Part shown: in pieces, positions 28,521-37,466 of the stretch
Numbering within the stretch: the stretch's first letter is position 1
How the letters are laid out: each line of letters opens with the position of its first letter
DNA from: a virus
Taxonomy: Duplodnaviria; Caudoviricetes
DNA: 44,670 nt
Direction: 5' to 3' (one strand)
Virus record (IMG/VR): IMGVR_UViG_3300038379_000471
Location: 1-44,670 of that record
Notes under the pieces: generated by a model
What the model saw: the letters and a program-made list of their open reading frames with translations, nothing else
What the model was told of the DNA's origin: nothing
Database searches by the model: none
Translations under genes and position numbers: made by a program

Positions 28521-29429
28521 TTAACGTTTGTTTACCCGTTCATACACCCGCGCGTACTCCCTCGATAACCCCTCCGTCAACCAATGAGCGTAGACTTCCT
28601 CAGTGATCTTCACCGATGAGTGTCCCAACATCGCGCTGATTGACGACATCTCAGCACCCGCGTTTAGGAAACTCATGGCGAAGCCGTGCCGCCAGGCGTG
28701 CGGATTGAGGTGGCGCAGACCCGCCACCTTGCAGCGCCGCGTCATCATTTGGCGGACGCCTTCTGTGCTCAGCGGGCCGCGTACGTTGATGTAGCCGTCA
28801 CTGGACAGCAGCAACTCCGGGCCGGGCCACGGCGGGCGCGCATAGAGATAGGCCAGCAACACGGGGCGCAATTCTGGCGAGCAGGGCACCACGCGCGGGC
28901 TGCCGCCTTTGCCGCGACGCACCACGATCAGATTGGCGGTCAGGTCAATGTCATGGATAGCCAGACTGCACAATTCCGCCACACGCAGGCCAGACCAAAA
29001 CAGAATGATTGCTATAGCCCGGTCACGCCAGGCTAACCAATCCTCACCGCCGATGGCGTCGTAAAACTGACGATATTCGATTATCGTGACATGAGCAATC
29101 ACGGGCTTGCTGGCGCGTGGGCGCTCAACGCGATCCATTGGCGACGGCTGATCGGCCAGGTAGCCGCGTATTTTCAGCCAGCCAAACCAGACAACTAGGG
29201 CGCGGTAACGGGCCGCCACCGTGGACGCCTTCAGCCCGGCGCGCCGCTCATGCGCTAAGAAGTGTTCAATCGTCTCCGACCGTAGCCAACTTGTACCGTT
29301 GGCACCCTGGTCACGTAACCAGTTTAGAAAACAGCGCAATTGCTGTTCGTACCATTCAACCGTGCGCTCTGAGCGGCCAGCCGATTGACGCGCCTGGAGA
29401 AACAATTTTACCGCCTCGTCGATACCCAT
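28521..29429 (-). CDS. int: Tyrosine recombinase/integrase (XerC/D-like)
   Basis: SGLRVAEL (R), RGKG (K), HAWRH (HxxR), LGH, VY (Y); start ATG 29429 inferred. Confidence 0.93.
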   Translation of the reverse strand: MGIDEAVKLFLQARQSAGRSERTVEWYEQQLRCFLNWLRDQGANGTSWLRSETIEHFLAHERRAGLKASTVAARYRALVVWFGWLKIRGYLADQPSPMDRVERPRASKPVIAHVTIIEYRQFYDAIGGEDWLAWRDRAIAIILFWSGLRVAELCSLAIHDIDLTANLIVVRRGKGGSPRVVPCSPELRPVLLAYLYARPPWPGPELLLSSDGYINVRGPLSTEGVRQMMTRRCKVAGLRHLNPHAWRHGFAMSFLNAGAEMSSISAMLGHSSVKITEEVYAHWLTEGLSREYARVYERVNKR

Positions 29430-29597
29430 AGCCACCCCCAGCAACAGCAAAGCCCACCCCCGGGGGTGAGAACAACGCAATCGCCATTGCCAGCGGGGGG
29501 GAGCAGACCGCCCGCAGCAGCGCGCCGCCTGAGAAACGCAGCGCTGCTGTAACCTGCCCCCCCCCATTTTATCATTTTCCCGAAAGGAGCCCAATCT

Positions 29598-29672
29598 ATG
29601 ATTCAACCACACAATTTCGACGCGTGGTCGCCGCTCCGCGGGCTGGAGACGGACGGGGGGCGTGCGACATGA
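29598..29672 (+). CDS. 24-aa leader peptide coupled to the initiator gene
   Basis: AAAGGAG RBS; stop overlaps the rep ATG (ATGA). Confidence 0.5.
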   Translation: MIQPHNFDAWSPLRGLETDGGRAT

Positions 29673-30619
29673 GCGTCAAAATTATGTCCCAAATATGGGG
29701 GGGCAACCAGCCGTGGAGCGGAAGCAAACTATTGCTGATGCTCGCGTTGGCTGACTTCGCCAACGACGAAGGTTACTGTTGGCCTGGGATTTCTAGCATC
29801 GCCCAAAAGTGCCGAATCTCAGAGCGCCAGGCCCAGCGAATTGTTCATGAGCTGGTCGCCGAGGGCGCAATCGAAACCGTGAAAGTCGGCGACGGGCGAG
29901 GAAACACCCCGATTTACCGAATAAAGGGTGACGTCGATGACACCCTTTGCGAGCTGGAGAACGCCAAAAGGGTGACATCCAGCGCGCGAAAGGGTGACAT
30001 CCAGCGCGTAAAGGGTGACATCCAGCGCGTAAAGGGTGACATCCAGCGCGTAAAGGGTGACATAGCTATGTCACCCGATCCACCAATAGATCCACCAATA
30101 GATCCACCAATAGATCCACCAATAAATACCCAACCCACTACGCGCGCGCGTGGGCCCGAAAAAACGGGCTGGGCTGGGTATTCCTCTAACGGCAACCACT
30201 CGAAGCGATTTGTGTTTGATCTGCTCACTGACCCGGACATCGGGGTCGCGGAGGCGGCCGCCGCCAAACTCGCAGCAACCTGCGAGCCGGCCACGGTCGT
30301 CACATTTGTCGCCGAATGGTGGAGCAACCGCCACACCGCCAACGGAGCGAAGGTGAGGAGTGCGGGCGCCCTGGTTTGGCGCCTGAATCACCAGGAACGG
30401 TGGGCGCCGGCGCCGGTGTCGGCTGAATTTCTGGCGTCGGAGCTGTACCAGCGTCACTATCCGCTAGACGGGTCGCAGGCGCGGAGGTTGTCGCGATGGT
30501 TGAGCCATCGCGACTTTGCCGGGGCGATCAATGGGGTGACGCCGTTCACTACGGGCGATCCGGCGCTGGACGAGCTGGTCGAGCGGCTGCCCGCGCCGGG
30601 GTGGAAGGTGGAGCCATGA
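29669..30619 (+). CDS. Replication initiator with an N-terminal HTH_36-like domain
   Basis: KLLLMLALADFANDEGYCWPGISSIAQKCRISERQAQRIVHEL; internal iterons. Confidence 0.85.
   Translation: MSVKIMSQIWGGNQPWSGSKLLLMLALADFANDEGYCWPGISSIAQKCRISERQAQRIVHELVAEGAIETVKVGDGRGNTPIYRIKGDVDDTLCELENAKRVTSSARKGDIQRVKGDIQRVKGDIQRVKGDIAMSPDPPIDPPIDPPIDPPINTQPTTRARGPEKTGWAGYSSNGNHSKRFVFDLLTDPDIGVAEAAAAKLAATCEPATVVTFVAEWWSNRHTANGAKVRSAGALVWRLNHQERWAPAPVSAEFLASELYQRHYPLDGSQARRLSRWLSHRDFAGAINGVTPFTTGDPALDELVERLPAPGWKVEP
29923..30124. repeat. Probable replication origin: 21-bp iterons and 12-bp repeats
   Basis: AAAGGGTGACATCCAGCGCG at 29967, 29989, 30010, 30031, partial at 30052 and 29923; GATCCACCAATA x4 at 30077-30124. 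Confidence 0.8.
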
Positions 30620-30891
30620 GCAATCAACAATGTGTCATCTGCCGGGGCCCGCTAACCGGCGGACTGGACACCTACGACTCGATCCTGAGCCGCTCTGCCA
30701 GTCGTGCTGGCTGGAATGGGGCGATCCCGTCATACAACTGTGACGCCGCGACTGTCCAGTTTGGCGCGGACGGGAAAACGCTGGTCAGCTTTCCCGTGGC
30801 GACGACATGTCGTCGCCGTGAGACGATAGGCGACGGGCATCACCCATTGTGCCGATTCGCCCTATTCGCTTGGCGGGAGGTGCGCCGATGA
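30616..30891 (+). pseudogene. Small zinc-finger gene, apparently frameshifted
   Basis: CVIC in frame 0; second pair CQSC in the -1 frame after about 30678. Confidence 0.45.
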
Positions 30892-31058
30892 AACACTCCG
30901 TCCGGGCGCTGTTAGCTAGCCTGCTGCTAATCGCCTGCCTGCTGCTGTCCGTCCCCACCCTGGCCGATGACTGCATCGGGGAGTGTCAGATCGGCGAGCC
31001 GGTGGTCTACGAGCCGGTGTTGTGGTTGCCGCTGGTGCTAGCGGAGGTGGAGCCATGA
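30888..31058 (+). CDS. Secreted mini-protein with a C-terminal WLPLV motif
   Basis: GGGAGG RBS; signal peptide ending PTLA-DD. Confidence 0.6.
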   Translation: MKHSVRALLASLLLIACLLLSVPTLADDCIGECQIGEPVVYEPVLWLPLVLAEVEP

Positions 31059-31285
31059 GCCAGGCCGACCGCATCTTCACCCGCGCCGTCCGCGCCGCCG
31101 ACTGGGACTGCAGCGACGCGGCCGAGCGCGCCGAGCGCATCCGCCGGCATTGCTACTGGCTGCGCGTATATGCCGATGCCAAGCGCGAGGTTGTCACCAG
31201 GCCGCGCAAATTATTCATTGAGTTTCCCGCGGTCAATCCGTGGGGCAGTTTGTCCGCTATCGTTAAGTCGATTGAAACTTTGTGA
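31055..31285 (+). CDS. Hypothetical protein
   Basis: GGAGG RBS; coupled. Confidence 0.55.
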   Translation: MSQADRIFTRAVRAADWDCSDAAERAERIRRHCYWLRVYADAKREVVTRPRKLFIEFPAVNPWGSLSAIVKSIETL

Positions 31286-31298
31286 AATGAGGAACCCT

Positions 31299-31631
31299 AT
31301 GTCTAACCGAAATCTAAATCTGACCAACCAGGTGACCCTTGAGCAATCCGCCATTGTCATGCACCTGAGCATCAAAGCGTGTTATTTTCCCGACTGGTTA
31401 CCCGTCGCTGAGGTCTACGACCACCACCAGCGCCTGTGTGCAGAGCAACAAGACAGACTCGACATGGAGCGGCCAACGTCGGCTATCCCGCTGATCTGGC
31501 ACGCGGCGGCGCGCGCCTTGGGATTGATCACCGATTTTGAGACCGGCAAAATCATCGGCGGCCCATGCCGTGATGAGGTGGGGCCGGGCGAACTGGCATT
31601 CGTGAGGCGGATGCGGGGGGGGCGGCCATGA
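31299..31631 (+). CDS. Hypothetical protein
   Basis: GAGG RBS; coupled to the next gene. Confidence 0.55.
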   Translation: MSNRNLNLTNQVTLEQSAIVMHLSIKACYFPDWLPVAEVYDHHQRLCAEQQDRLDMERPTSAIPLIWHAAARALGLITDFETGKIIGGPCRDEVGPGELAFVRRMRGGRP

Positions 31632-31867
31632 CCATCAACCAACCGCGTTGGGTTGCAGAATCTGTATTTATCCTGCCGACGATGACGCGCTTGCGGATAC
31701 TGCGCTGCTGCCTACTCTTCACGATTTTTTTATGCTACGGCGCGGGACGGCGGACGGATGCGTTGTTGCTGCTGCTGGTAACGCTCATTAACGAATTGTG
31801 GATTGTCAGCGCCCTCCTGCGTGAATGGCTGCGACGCAACGGAAATGGGACTCCGTACGGAGGATGA
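31628..31867 (+). CDS. Small membrane protein
   Basis: Two hydrophobic segments. Confidence 0.5.
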   Translation: MTINQPRWVAESVFILPTMTRLRILRCCLLFTIFLCYGAGRRTDALLLLLVTLINELWIVSALLREWLRRNGNGTPYGG

Positions 31868-31933
31868 ATGGAGGAGCTGCATTATTCGTTTCATGGCGCA
31901 TACGGATTGTTCATTTGAGAGAGGAGAAGAGCT

Positions 31934-32164
31934 ATGGAACAACGAGTGAAGTGGATGATGGAGAACCCGATTTGGCGCCCGTGGAAGCAGGTGGGGTGGA
32001 CGTTGATGATTGTCCCCGGCTGCATGAAGGTGATGGCGATCAATAAAAACTTGAAGATGGCCACCGCAGGCGCCATGCAGTTAACCACCATCGTGTCGCG
32101 CCTGGCGGGAAAGAAATATAGCTATCTGTATTATGTACGGGCTCTGAAGTCTTCGGACTTATAG
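31934..32164 (+). CDS. Hypothetical protein
   Basis: GAGGAG RBS. Confidence 0.55.
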   Translation: MEQRVKWMMENPIWRPWKQVGWTLMIVPGCMKVMAINKNLKMATAGAMQLTTIVSRLAGKKYSYLYYVRALKSSDL

Positions 32165-32187
32165 TGTATGGTGCGAGAGGTGGAGAG

Positions 32188-32469
32188 ATGGACAACACAG
32201 ATAGAGGGGTGCGCTACACGCTGTACCCACAGTCGAACGGGCGGGTGCATGTGCTGCTGGAGGGTGTGGTGCTGGGCATGGAGCTGGCGTCCTTCCTGAA
32301 GGCATTGACGCAGTTGGTGGCGCAACTCTGCTTTGACCCGGCTAACACCATTTGGTTTGAGCGGTTCAACCAAACCTGGAGTCTGTTGAAGACGGACTGG
32401 CGGGATGGCCGTTGCACGCGGGTGGAGTGGACGCCGTTGAAGGCGGAGAGTGCAGAGGTGATGGTGTGA
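32188..32469 (+). CDS. Hypothetical protein
   Basis: GAGGTGGAG RBS before ATG 32188. Confidence 0.55.
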   Translation: MDNTDRGVRYTLYPQSNGRVHVLLEGVVLGMELASFLKALTQLVAQLCFDPANTIWFERFNQTWSLLKTDWRDGRCTRVEWTPLKAESAEVMV

Positions 32470-32484
32470 TGATGTGGTAGTACC

Positions 32485-32597
32485 GCGAGTGAGTGATACT
32501 CAAACATCACTCACTCGCTAACCATACCGCTGGGTGCTTGAACCGAGCAGCGGGCTGGCTATATGCGAGTATAGCAGCCCTTCCAGCGGATTGTCAA
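32485..32597 (-). ncRNA. Putative antisense small-RNA unit upstream of the ftsK-like gene
   Basis: TTGACA-18-TATACT (32597-32568); 13-bp hairpin 32485-32518. Confidence 0.45.
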
Positions 32598-32621
32598 TCA
32601 TTTTTCGACTGGAGGGTAATT

Positions 32622-34004
32622 ATGAATGAAATTCAGGAATTGATCAATCTTGAAATCAAATTGATCAATTCCATGCTGATCTCGCACGGCATCCAAGCGC
32701 GTACGCTCAAGCGCCTAACCCTGTGCGTTAAATCAAGTTTTATTGCGTATGGCCTGCAGGTTGCGCAGGGGGAGAGCGTGCGCAAAATTGAGGCCATTCA
32801 ACGCGAACTATCCAACGCGCTGACCAACCAGCGCTTGCGCCATCTACCCGACTACAACCGCCGCGTCATGGTCCGTCTGCGTGATTTTCCCCTGGCGATT
32901 GAGGTGCCCCACCCCGCGCCGTCCATCCTTGCCTGGACGGACGCCAGCCTCCACATGGGGCCAAATCTGGCGCTGGTCGGTCGCAGCTACAGCGCAGCCG
33001 GCCCGCGTGAGGAACATCTCGACCTGGAGCGCCACTATCATGTGCTGATCGCGGCAATGAGCGGCGGCGGCAAAAGCACACTGATGCGCATGGCGTTGCT
33101 GACACTGGCCTACAACACGCCACCAAGCGACCTGCGTGTCGTCCTGATCGACATGAAAAATGATGACCTGGCGCCGTTCCGCGCTTTACCTCACGTTGTT
33201 CGCTACGCGGGCGATCCGACCAGCGCGGCGGAGGCAATCGCCTATATTCACGAGGTGAAAACCGAGCGCATTGAAAGCCAGGTCAAACCGTATCGGCTGC
33301 TGGTGGTAATCGACGAGCTGGCAGAGCTTGGCACAGACAAGGCCACCCTGCGCCAGTTGGGGAGCATCCTCAGCACGGGGCGCAGCCTGGGAATCAACAC
33401 TTGGGCAGGCACGCAATACCCATCCGCAGCGGCCATCGGCTCTATCGTGGCCGCATCGTTCACCACCCGACTGGTCGGCATAGTGGACGGTAAAAACACC
33501 GCACATGTGGCCACCAAACGCGCCGGCAGTGGCGCGGAAAATCTTTGCACGCCTGGCGACTTTCTGCGGGTGGACGGCCCCGACCTGGTGCGCATGAAAG
33601 GGTATTGCATCTCGCAAGACGAGACTGCAGCGCTACTGCCCCGCGTGGTGAGGCGCTGGCATGGACAGAGCGCGGAAGTCCAGCCGCAACCTGCGCCAGT
33701 GGCCGCAATCCGGCCATATGATGAAGTGGAGGAACTGGCGCGAAATATCGCCGATCTATGGCGCGCTGGCGCATCGAAAAATGCGATGAGCAAGGCGACA
33801 CTGGGCAAGTCTTACGCGGGCAGCTATGCAACCAAAATCGACGCGGCGATTGCCTGGCTAGAGGTACGGGCTTCTACTACTGAGGCTTCTACTACCCCTT
33901 CTACGGCTTCTACTCACACGAGTACAAGCGGGGTCGCGGTGAGTAGTAGTAGAAGCGACAGAAAAATCATTCGGATGTTTCCAAGCGCTGCAGTGGGGAG
34001 CTAA
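32622..34004 (+). CDS. FtsK/SpoIIIE (TraB-like) DNA translocase ATPase
   Basis: LAIEVPHP alpha-domain end, HVLIAAMSGGGKST Walker A, LIDMK, LLVVIDE Walker B, GRSLGI, TQYP, AENL..PGDF; GGAGGG RBS. Confidence 0.88.
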   Translation: MNEIQELINLEIKLINSMLISHGIQARTLKRLTLCVKSSFIAYGLQVAQGESVRKIEAIQRELSNALTNQRLRHLPDYNRRVMVRLRDFPLAIEVPHPAPSILAWTDASLHMGPNLALVGRSYSAAGPREEHLDLERHYHVLIAAMSGGGKSTLMRMALLTLAYNTPPSDLRVVLIDMKNDDLAPFRALPHVVRYAGDPTSAAEAIAYIHEVKTERIESQVKPYRLLVVIDELAELGTDKATLRQLGSILSTGRSLGINTWAGTQYPSAAAIGSIVAASFTTRLVGIVDGKNTAHVATKRAGSGAENLCTPGDFLRVDGPDLVRMKGYCISQDETAALLPRVVRRWHGQSAEVQPQPAPVAAIRPYDEVEELARNIADLWRAGASKNAMSKATLGKSYAGSYATKIDAAIAWLEVRASTTEASTTPSTASTHTSTSGVAVSSSRSDRKIIRMFPSAAVGS

Positions 34005-34006
34005 CT

Positions 34007-34465
34007 ATGTCTAAATTTTACGGAGCGCTGATTGGATTGTCGGCAGCGTTCGCAACCCCGATTGTGTTTGCCGTGCTGGTGACCTGGTGGCTAGAGAGCC
34101 GGTTTGGTTCGCTGGTCGCGGTGGCGGCCTGGGGTTGTTTGGTGGGGATGATTGTGTTCGCTGGCGGGGCGCTGTTCGCGCATCGTCTCAGCGCAAGAAC
34201 GCTGGAGAACGCAGTGGGTTTCGTGGACGGACTGATGCAGGCGCAGCGAAACCAGATGTTGGTAATGCGTGAGGATGCACGGGGCGAGCGCGAGGCATTC
34301 AACGCCCGCGTCCGCTTGGACGTGATCGACGCGCGACGCGTGGATCGCCTGGCCCAACAGCGCGCAGGGCTGCTACTCGAAGTGGAGCGCGAGCGGATAC
34401 AGCGCGAGCAGGCCGCACCGGTGTGGGCGGAGGATGACAGCGCGGAGTATCGGGAGGTGGAGTGA
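34007..34465 (+). CDS. Two-TM membrane protein with a coiled-coil tail
   Basis: Two N-terminal hydrophobic helices; directly after the FtsK-like gene. Confidence 0.7.
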   Translation: MSKFYGALIGLSAAFATPIVFAVLVTWWLESRFGSLVAVAAWGCLVGMIVFAGGALFAHRLSARTLENAVGFVDGLMQAQRNQMLVMREDARGEREAFNARVRLDVIDARRVDRLAQQRAGLLLEVERERIQREQAAPVWAEDDSAEYREVE

Positions 34466-34469
34466 CGGC

Positions 34470-34781
34470 ATGGACATCATCAAATGGATTGACGATTTGA
34501 TCGCCGCATTGCGCTTCGGAGTTGGGAAGCGCATCGATTTTGAGCATGACCCCGGCGTCGGCGTAGAGAGAATGCTACGTAATCACGGCGTTCGTGTTTA
34601 CGGGCGCGGCTACATGGACAAGACCAAGCGATCTTTGCGCGTGCAGCCGCAACAAGAACAATGGGCGCGCTATCTGATTGCGCGGCAGGCGGGCGGCGGC
34701 AAAATGCCACGTCGCCACGCCAAGACGCCAAGGCGGGCCGTAGGGCTGGCTGGTCGAATCGTAGATTGGCTATCTGAGTGA
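34470..34781 (+). CDS. Hypothetical basic protein
   Basis: GGAG RBS; ATG 34470. Confidence 0.6.
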   Translation: MDIIKWIDDLIAALRFGVGKRIDFEHDPGVGVERMLRNHGVRVYGRGYMDKTKRSLRVQPQQEQWARYLIARQAGGGKMPRRHAKTPRRAVGLAGRIVDWLSE

Positions 34782-34802
34782 CAAGAAAGGATGTAACAAG
34801 AT

Positions 34803-35102
34803 ATGGAACCCCAACTAAATTCACGATACGAACTTCCGACCGACCTGGACGAACTTCAGGCGTTGTGGAAAATACTCTCCAACGTCTTGACCGCCGAGCG
34901 CCTGATGCGCGTCAAAGTGTTTGCCGACGCGCCAGCCAAACAGCGCCAGAAGCTGGCGGCCATCGACGCGGCCATCGGCGCGGCCGTTGCCATCAAGGAC
35001 GCGCTCAAGGCGCGGCTGCCGCCAGGCGCGCCACAGCCAAAGCAAGCCGCGCTGATGGAGCTGGAGCCGGCCGCACTGGCGCGGCGACCGGAGTTTTCAT
35101 GA
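34803..35102 (+). CDS. Hypothetical helical protein
   Basis: AAAGGA RBS. Confidence 0.6.
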   Translation: MEPQLNSRYELPTDLDELQALWKILSNVLTAERLMRVKVFADAPAKQRQKLAAIDAAIGAAVAIKDALKARLPPGAPQPKQAALMELEPAALARRPEFS

Positions 35103-35273
35103 TTCGCCTGGAACTAGCCGGCCGCGTGGACAGAGGATGTAGCGACGGATGCGGTCTGCGACCAGTGCGGCGCGGTGGAATCGGTCGGACATACGCACTG
35201 TGAGGGCGCAACGTGGCTATGTGAGCCATGCGCGCAAATCTACACCCTAGCTGTTTAACAAAGGAACCTAACT

Positions 35274-36047
35274 ATGGCTACAAAAATTATCACAATAACC
35301 TCGCAAAAAGGCGGCGTGCTGAAGACTACGACCGCCGTCAGCCTGGCCAGCAAACTGGCGCAGGAACATTCCGTGCTCCTGGTGGACTTCGACCCGCAGG
35401 GGCACGCGTCCACTTCGCTAGGATTAGACCCGGCCCCCGGCATCCATTTGTTGTGGGTACAGGAGCAGCCAATCGATAGCTGCATCCGATGCACTGGCCG
35501 TGACAATCTCGACATCCTCCAGAGTAACCAACGCACGAAACTGGCGGCGCTGGTACTCCAGACGCAAATCGCATCGGGCGACATCCGCATGGCCGACCTG
35601 TGCGAGCAACTGCGCAAAGTGGCGGCGCCCTACGAGTATGCAATGATTGATACGCCCGCGTCGGGTCTGTTTCAGGAGATCGCCATTGCCAGCGCGGACG
35701 TGGTAGTGATCCCCGTGGCATTGGATCACCTGGGCATGGATGGCCTAGCCAACACACTGGCCACTATCCAGAAACTGGAGCGCCAGCCGCGCGTGATTAT
35801 CCTGCCAACTATGCATGAGCGCACCAATGAGGCGAACTACAATTTGGAATTATTGTGCGCGAATTTTGTCGGCATGGCGCTACCGGCGATTGTCAAAAGT
35901 GCGGCTGTCCGCGAGGCCATCGCGGAGGGGATGACTATCTGGGAGTACAACAAACGGAGCGATACGCTCCAGATCGTGCGCAGCGCCTATAGCCACCTGG
36001 CGCGCTGGATCGACCTGGACACCTCCGCGGCGGGAGCGCAACTATGA
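35274..36047 (+). CDS. parA: ParA/Soj-family ATPase
   Basis: QKGGVLKTT deviant Walker A, VDFDPQGHAS, MIDTPA. Confidence 0.9.
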   Translation: MATKIITITSQKGGVLKTTTAVSLASKLAQEHSVLLVDFDPQGHASTSLGLDPAPGIHLLWVQEQPIDSCIRCTGRDNLDILQSNQRTKLAALVLQTQIASGDIRMADLCEQLRKVAAPYEYAMIDTPASGLFQEIAIASADVVVIPVALDHLGMDGLANTLATIQKLERQPRVIILPTMHERTNEANYNLELLCANFVGMALPAIVKSAAVREAIAEGMTIWEYNKRSDTLQIVRSAYSHLARWIDLDTSAAGAQL

Positions 36048-37021
36048 GAGATCGCAACGAGAGGCGCAACCCGCTACAGGGCGCGGGTGAGATTGCCCTG
36101 GCCAGCGACGGCCAAACAGGCATGACCGTAGCGCTCCTGTACGACTACAGCCTGATTTCCGAAGAGCATCGCGCGCCAGTCATGCTGGCAGCGCGGCGCA
36201 TCAAGACCAGCGCCGAACAGACCAAACGCTCCATACTGGTGATTGGTCGCGAATTGAGCGAGGTCAAGGCGCGGCTAGCGCACGGGCAGTTTGGGGATTG
36301 GCTGCAGCGTGAGTTCGACATGAGCGACCGCAGCGCGCGGCGATTTATGGCCGTCTACGAAACATTTGGCGGCAAATCGGACACTGTGTCCGTTTTGAGT
36401 GATAGCGCCATGCTGCTGCTATCCGCGCCGTCGGTGTCTGAGGAAGCGCGCATCGAGGTGGTCGAGATCGCCACGACGACGGGCAAAAGCCCGACCAAGG
36501 CCGCGGTGCAGGCGGTGATTGAGAGCCACAAGCCGCCGCCACCACCGCGCACGCTGACGCCGATCGAGACACAGGCCGTGATCGCGCGCGTGGCGCAGGG
36601 CGTGTGCGGCGATCGTCTGCGAGCGATGCAAGCTTACATAATGGCACATAGCCGATTCGACGATCCAGGTTACACCAGCGCGTTGCAACCTGGGGTGGTA
36701 ATCGGGCAGATAGAGTTTGGGATAGCCTGGGACACAATCTGCGCCGAAATCGCCGAGCGTATGGGAGCCGCTATGCGACGCTCGGCGCCCGTAGCACCGC
36801 AGGCTGATGCGACGACGGCGCGCAGCGGGGCCACGATGGCCGAATTCATGGGGAACACCGCACCCGGCAGCAGAGAGCAAGAGGTGCGCATGATGAGGGC
36901 GATATTCACGAGTGCCTTGGCTTCGCTCCCTGACTACTCGCGGTTGGTCGGCGACTACGTGACGCCAAACCAGGCGCGGCGGGTGTTGGGCGAGATGCTT
37001 GCGAAGCTGGAGACCCCGTGA
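36044..37021 (+). CDS. DUF3102-domain protein (ParB-position partner)
   Basis: IGRELSEVKARLAHGQFGDWLQREFDMSDRSARRFM; coupled to parA. Confidence 0.8.
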   Translation: MRDRNERRNPLQGAGEIALASDGQTGMTVALLYDYSLISEEHRAPVMLAARRIKTSAEQTKRSILVIGRELSEVKARLAHGQFGDWLQREFDMSDRSARRFMAVYETFGGKSDTVSVLSDSAMLLLSAPSVSEEARIEVVEIATTTGKSPTKAAVQAVIESHKPPPPPRTLTPIETQAVIARVAQGVCGDRLRAMQAYIMAHSRFDDPGYTSALQPGVVIGQIEFGIAWDTICAEIAERMGAAMRRSAPVAPQADATTARSGATMAEFMGNTAPGSREQEVRMMRAIFTSALASLPDYSRLVGDYVTPNQARRVLGEMLAKLETP

Positions 37022-37143
37022 TGATGCTCCTTTCACTTGCCAATCTCCGCCGCCACAACCGCGGCCAGCCTGGTCGCCGCTGGGCAGAGCCAGCCAGTCG
37101 CTTTAGTGTCTGGCTGCCCCAGGGCAACGCCGAACAGAAATAA

Positions 37144-37331
37144 ATGATCTACCTGGACATAGAAACTCTAGATTTTTTTCAGGACGCCCACATTGCCGCG
37201 CTTCCGCGTGAGCAGCAACTGGTAGCCATCCGACCAGAGCGAAGCGCGGCGAGTTGAACGAACTGCTATGGTGGCTAGACGGGCGAACGGAGCGCATCCC
37301 CGACGCGTCAGGTGCTATATCAACCCGCTGA
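37144..37331 (+). pseudogene. Internally deleted DEDD/RNase H-like exonuclease remnant
   Basis: MIYLDIETL ExoI-like start, stop at 37257; protein-like tail in another frame. Confidence 0.5.
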
Positions 37332-37364
37332 TGCGAGGGGCTGTCCATTCGCCAGTTAGGGGGA

Positions 37365-37414
37365 TTGACAATCAAACAAAAGTGCGCTATATTCGATATA
37401 GCGCACTTTTGTTT
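37365..37414 (+). promoter_or_regulatory. Promoter overlapped by an 18-bp inverted repeat (operator-like)
   Basis: TTGACA-17-TATATT; AAACAAAAGTGCGCTATA/TATAGCGCACTTTTGTTT. Confidence 0.7.
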
Positions 37415-37466
37415 TGTTATGAGTTTGTACAGGATTTGTTAATGACCGCCACCCAACACAACCACC

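Noticed and set aside
32493-32621. N-terminal extension of the FtsK-like ORF
   Set aside because: Overlaps a hairpin and an antisense promoter; the good RBS is at ATG 32622
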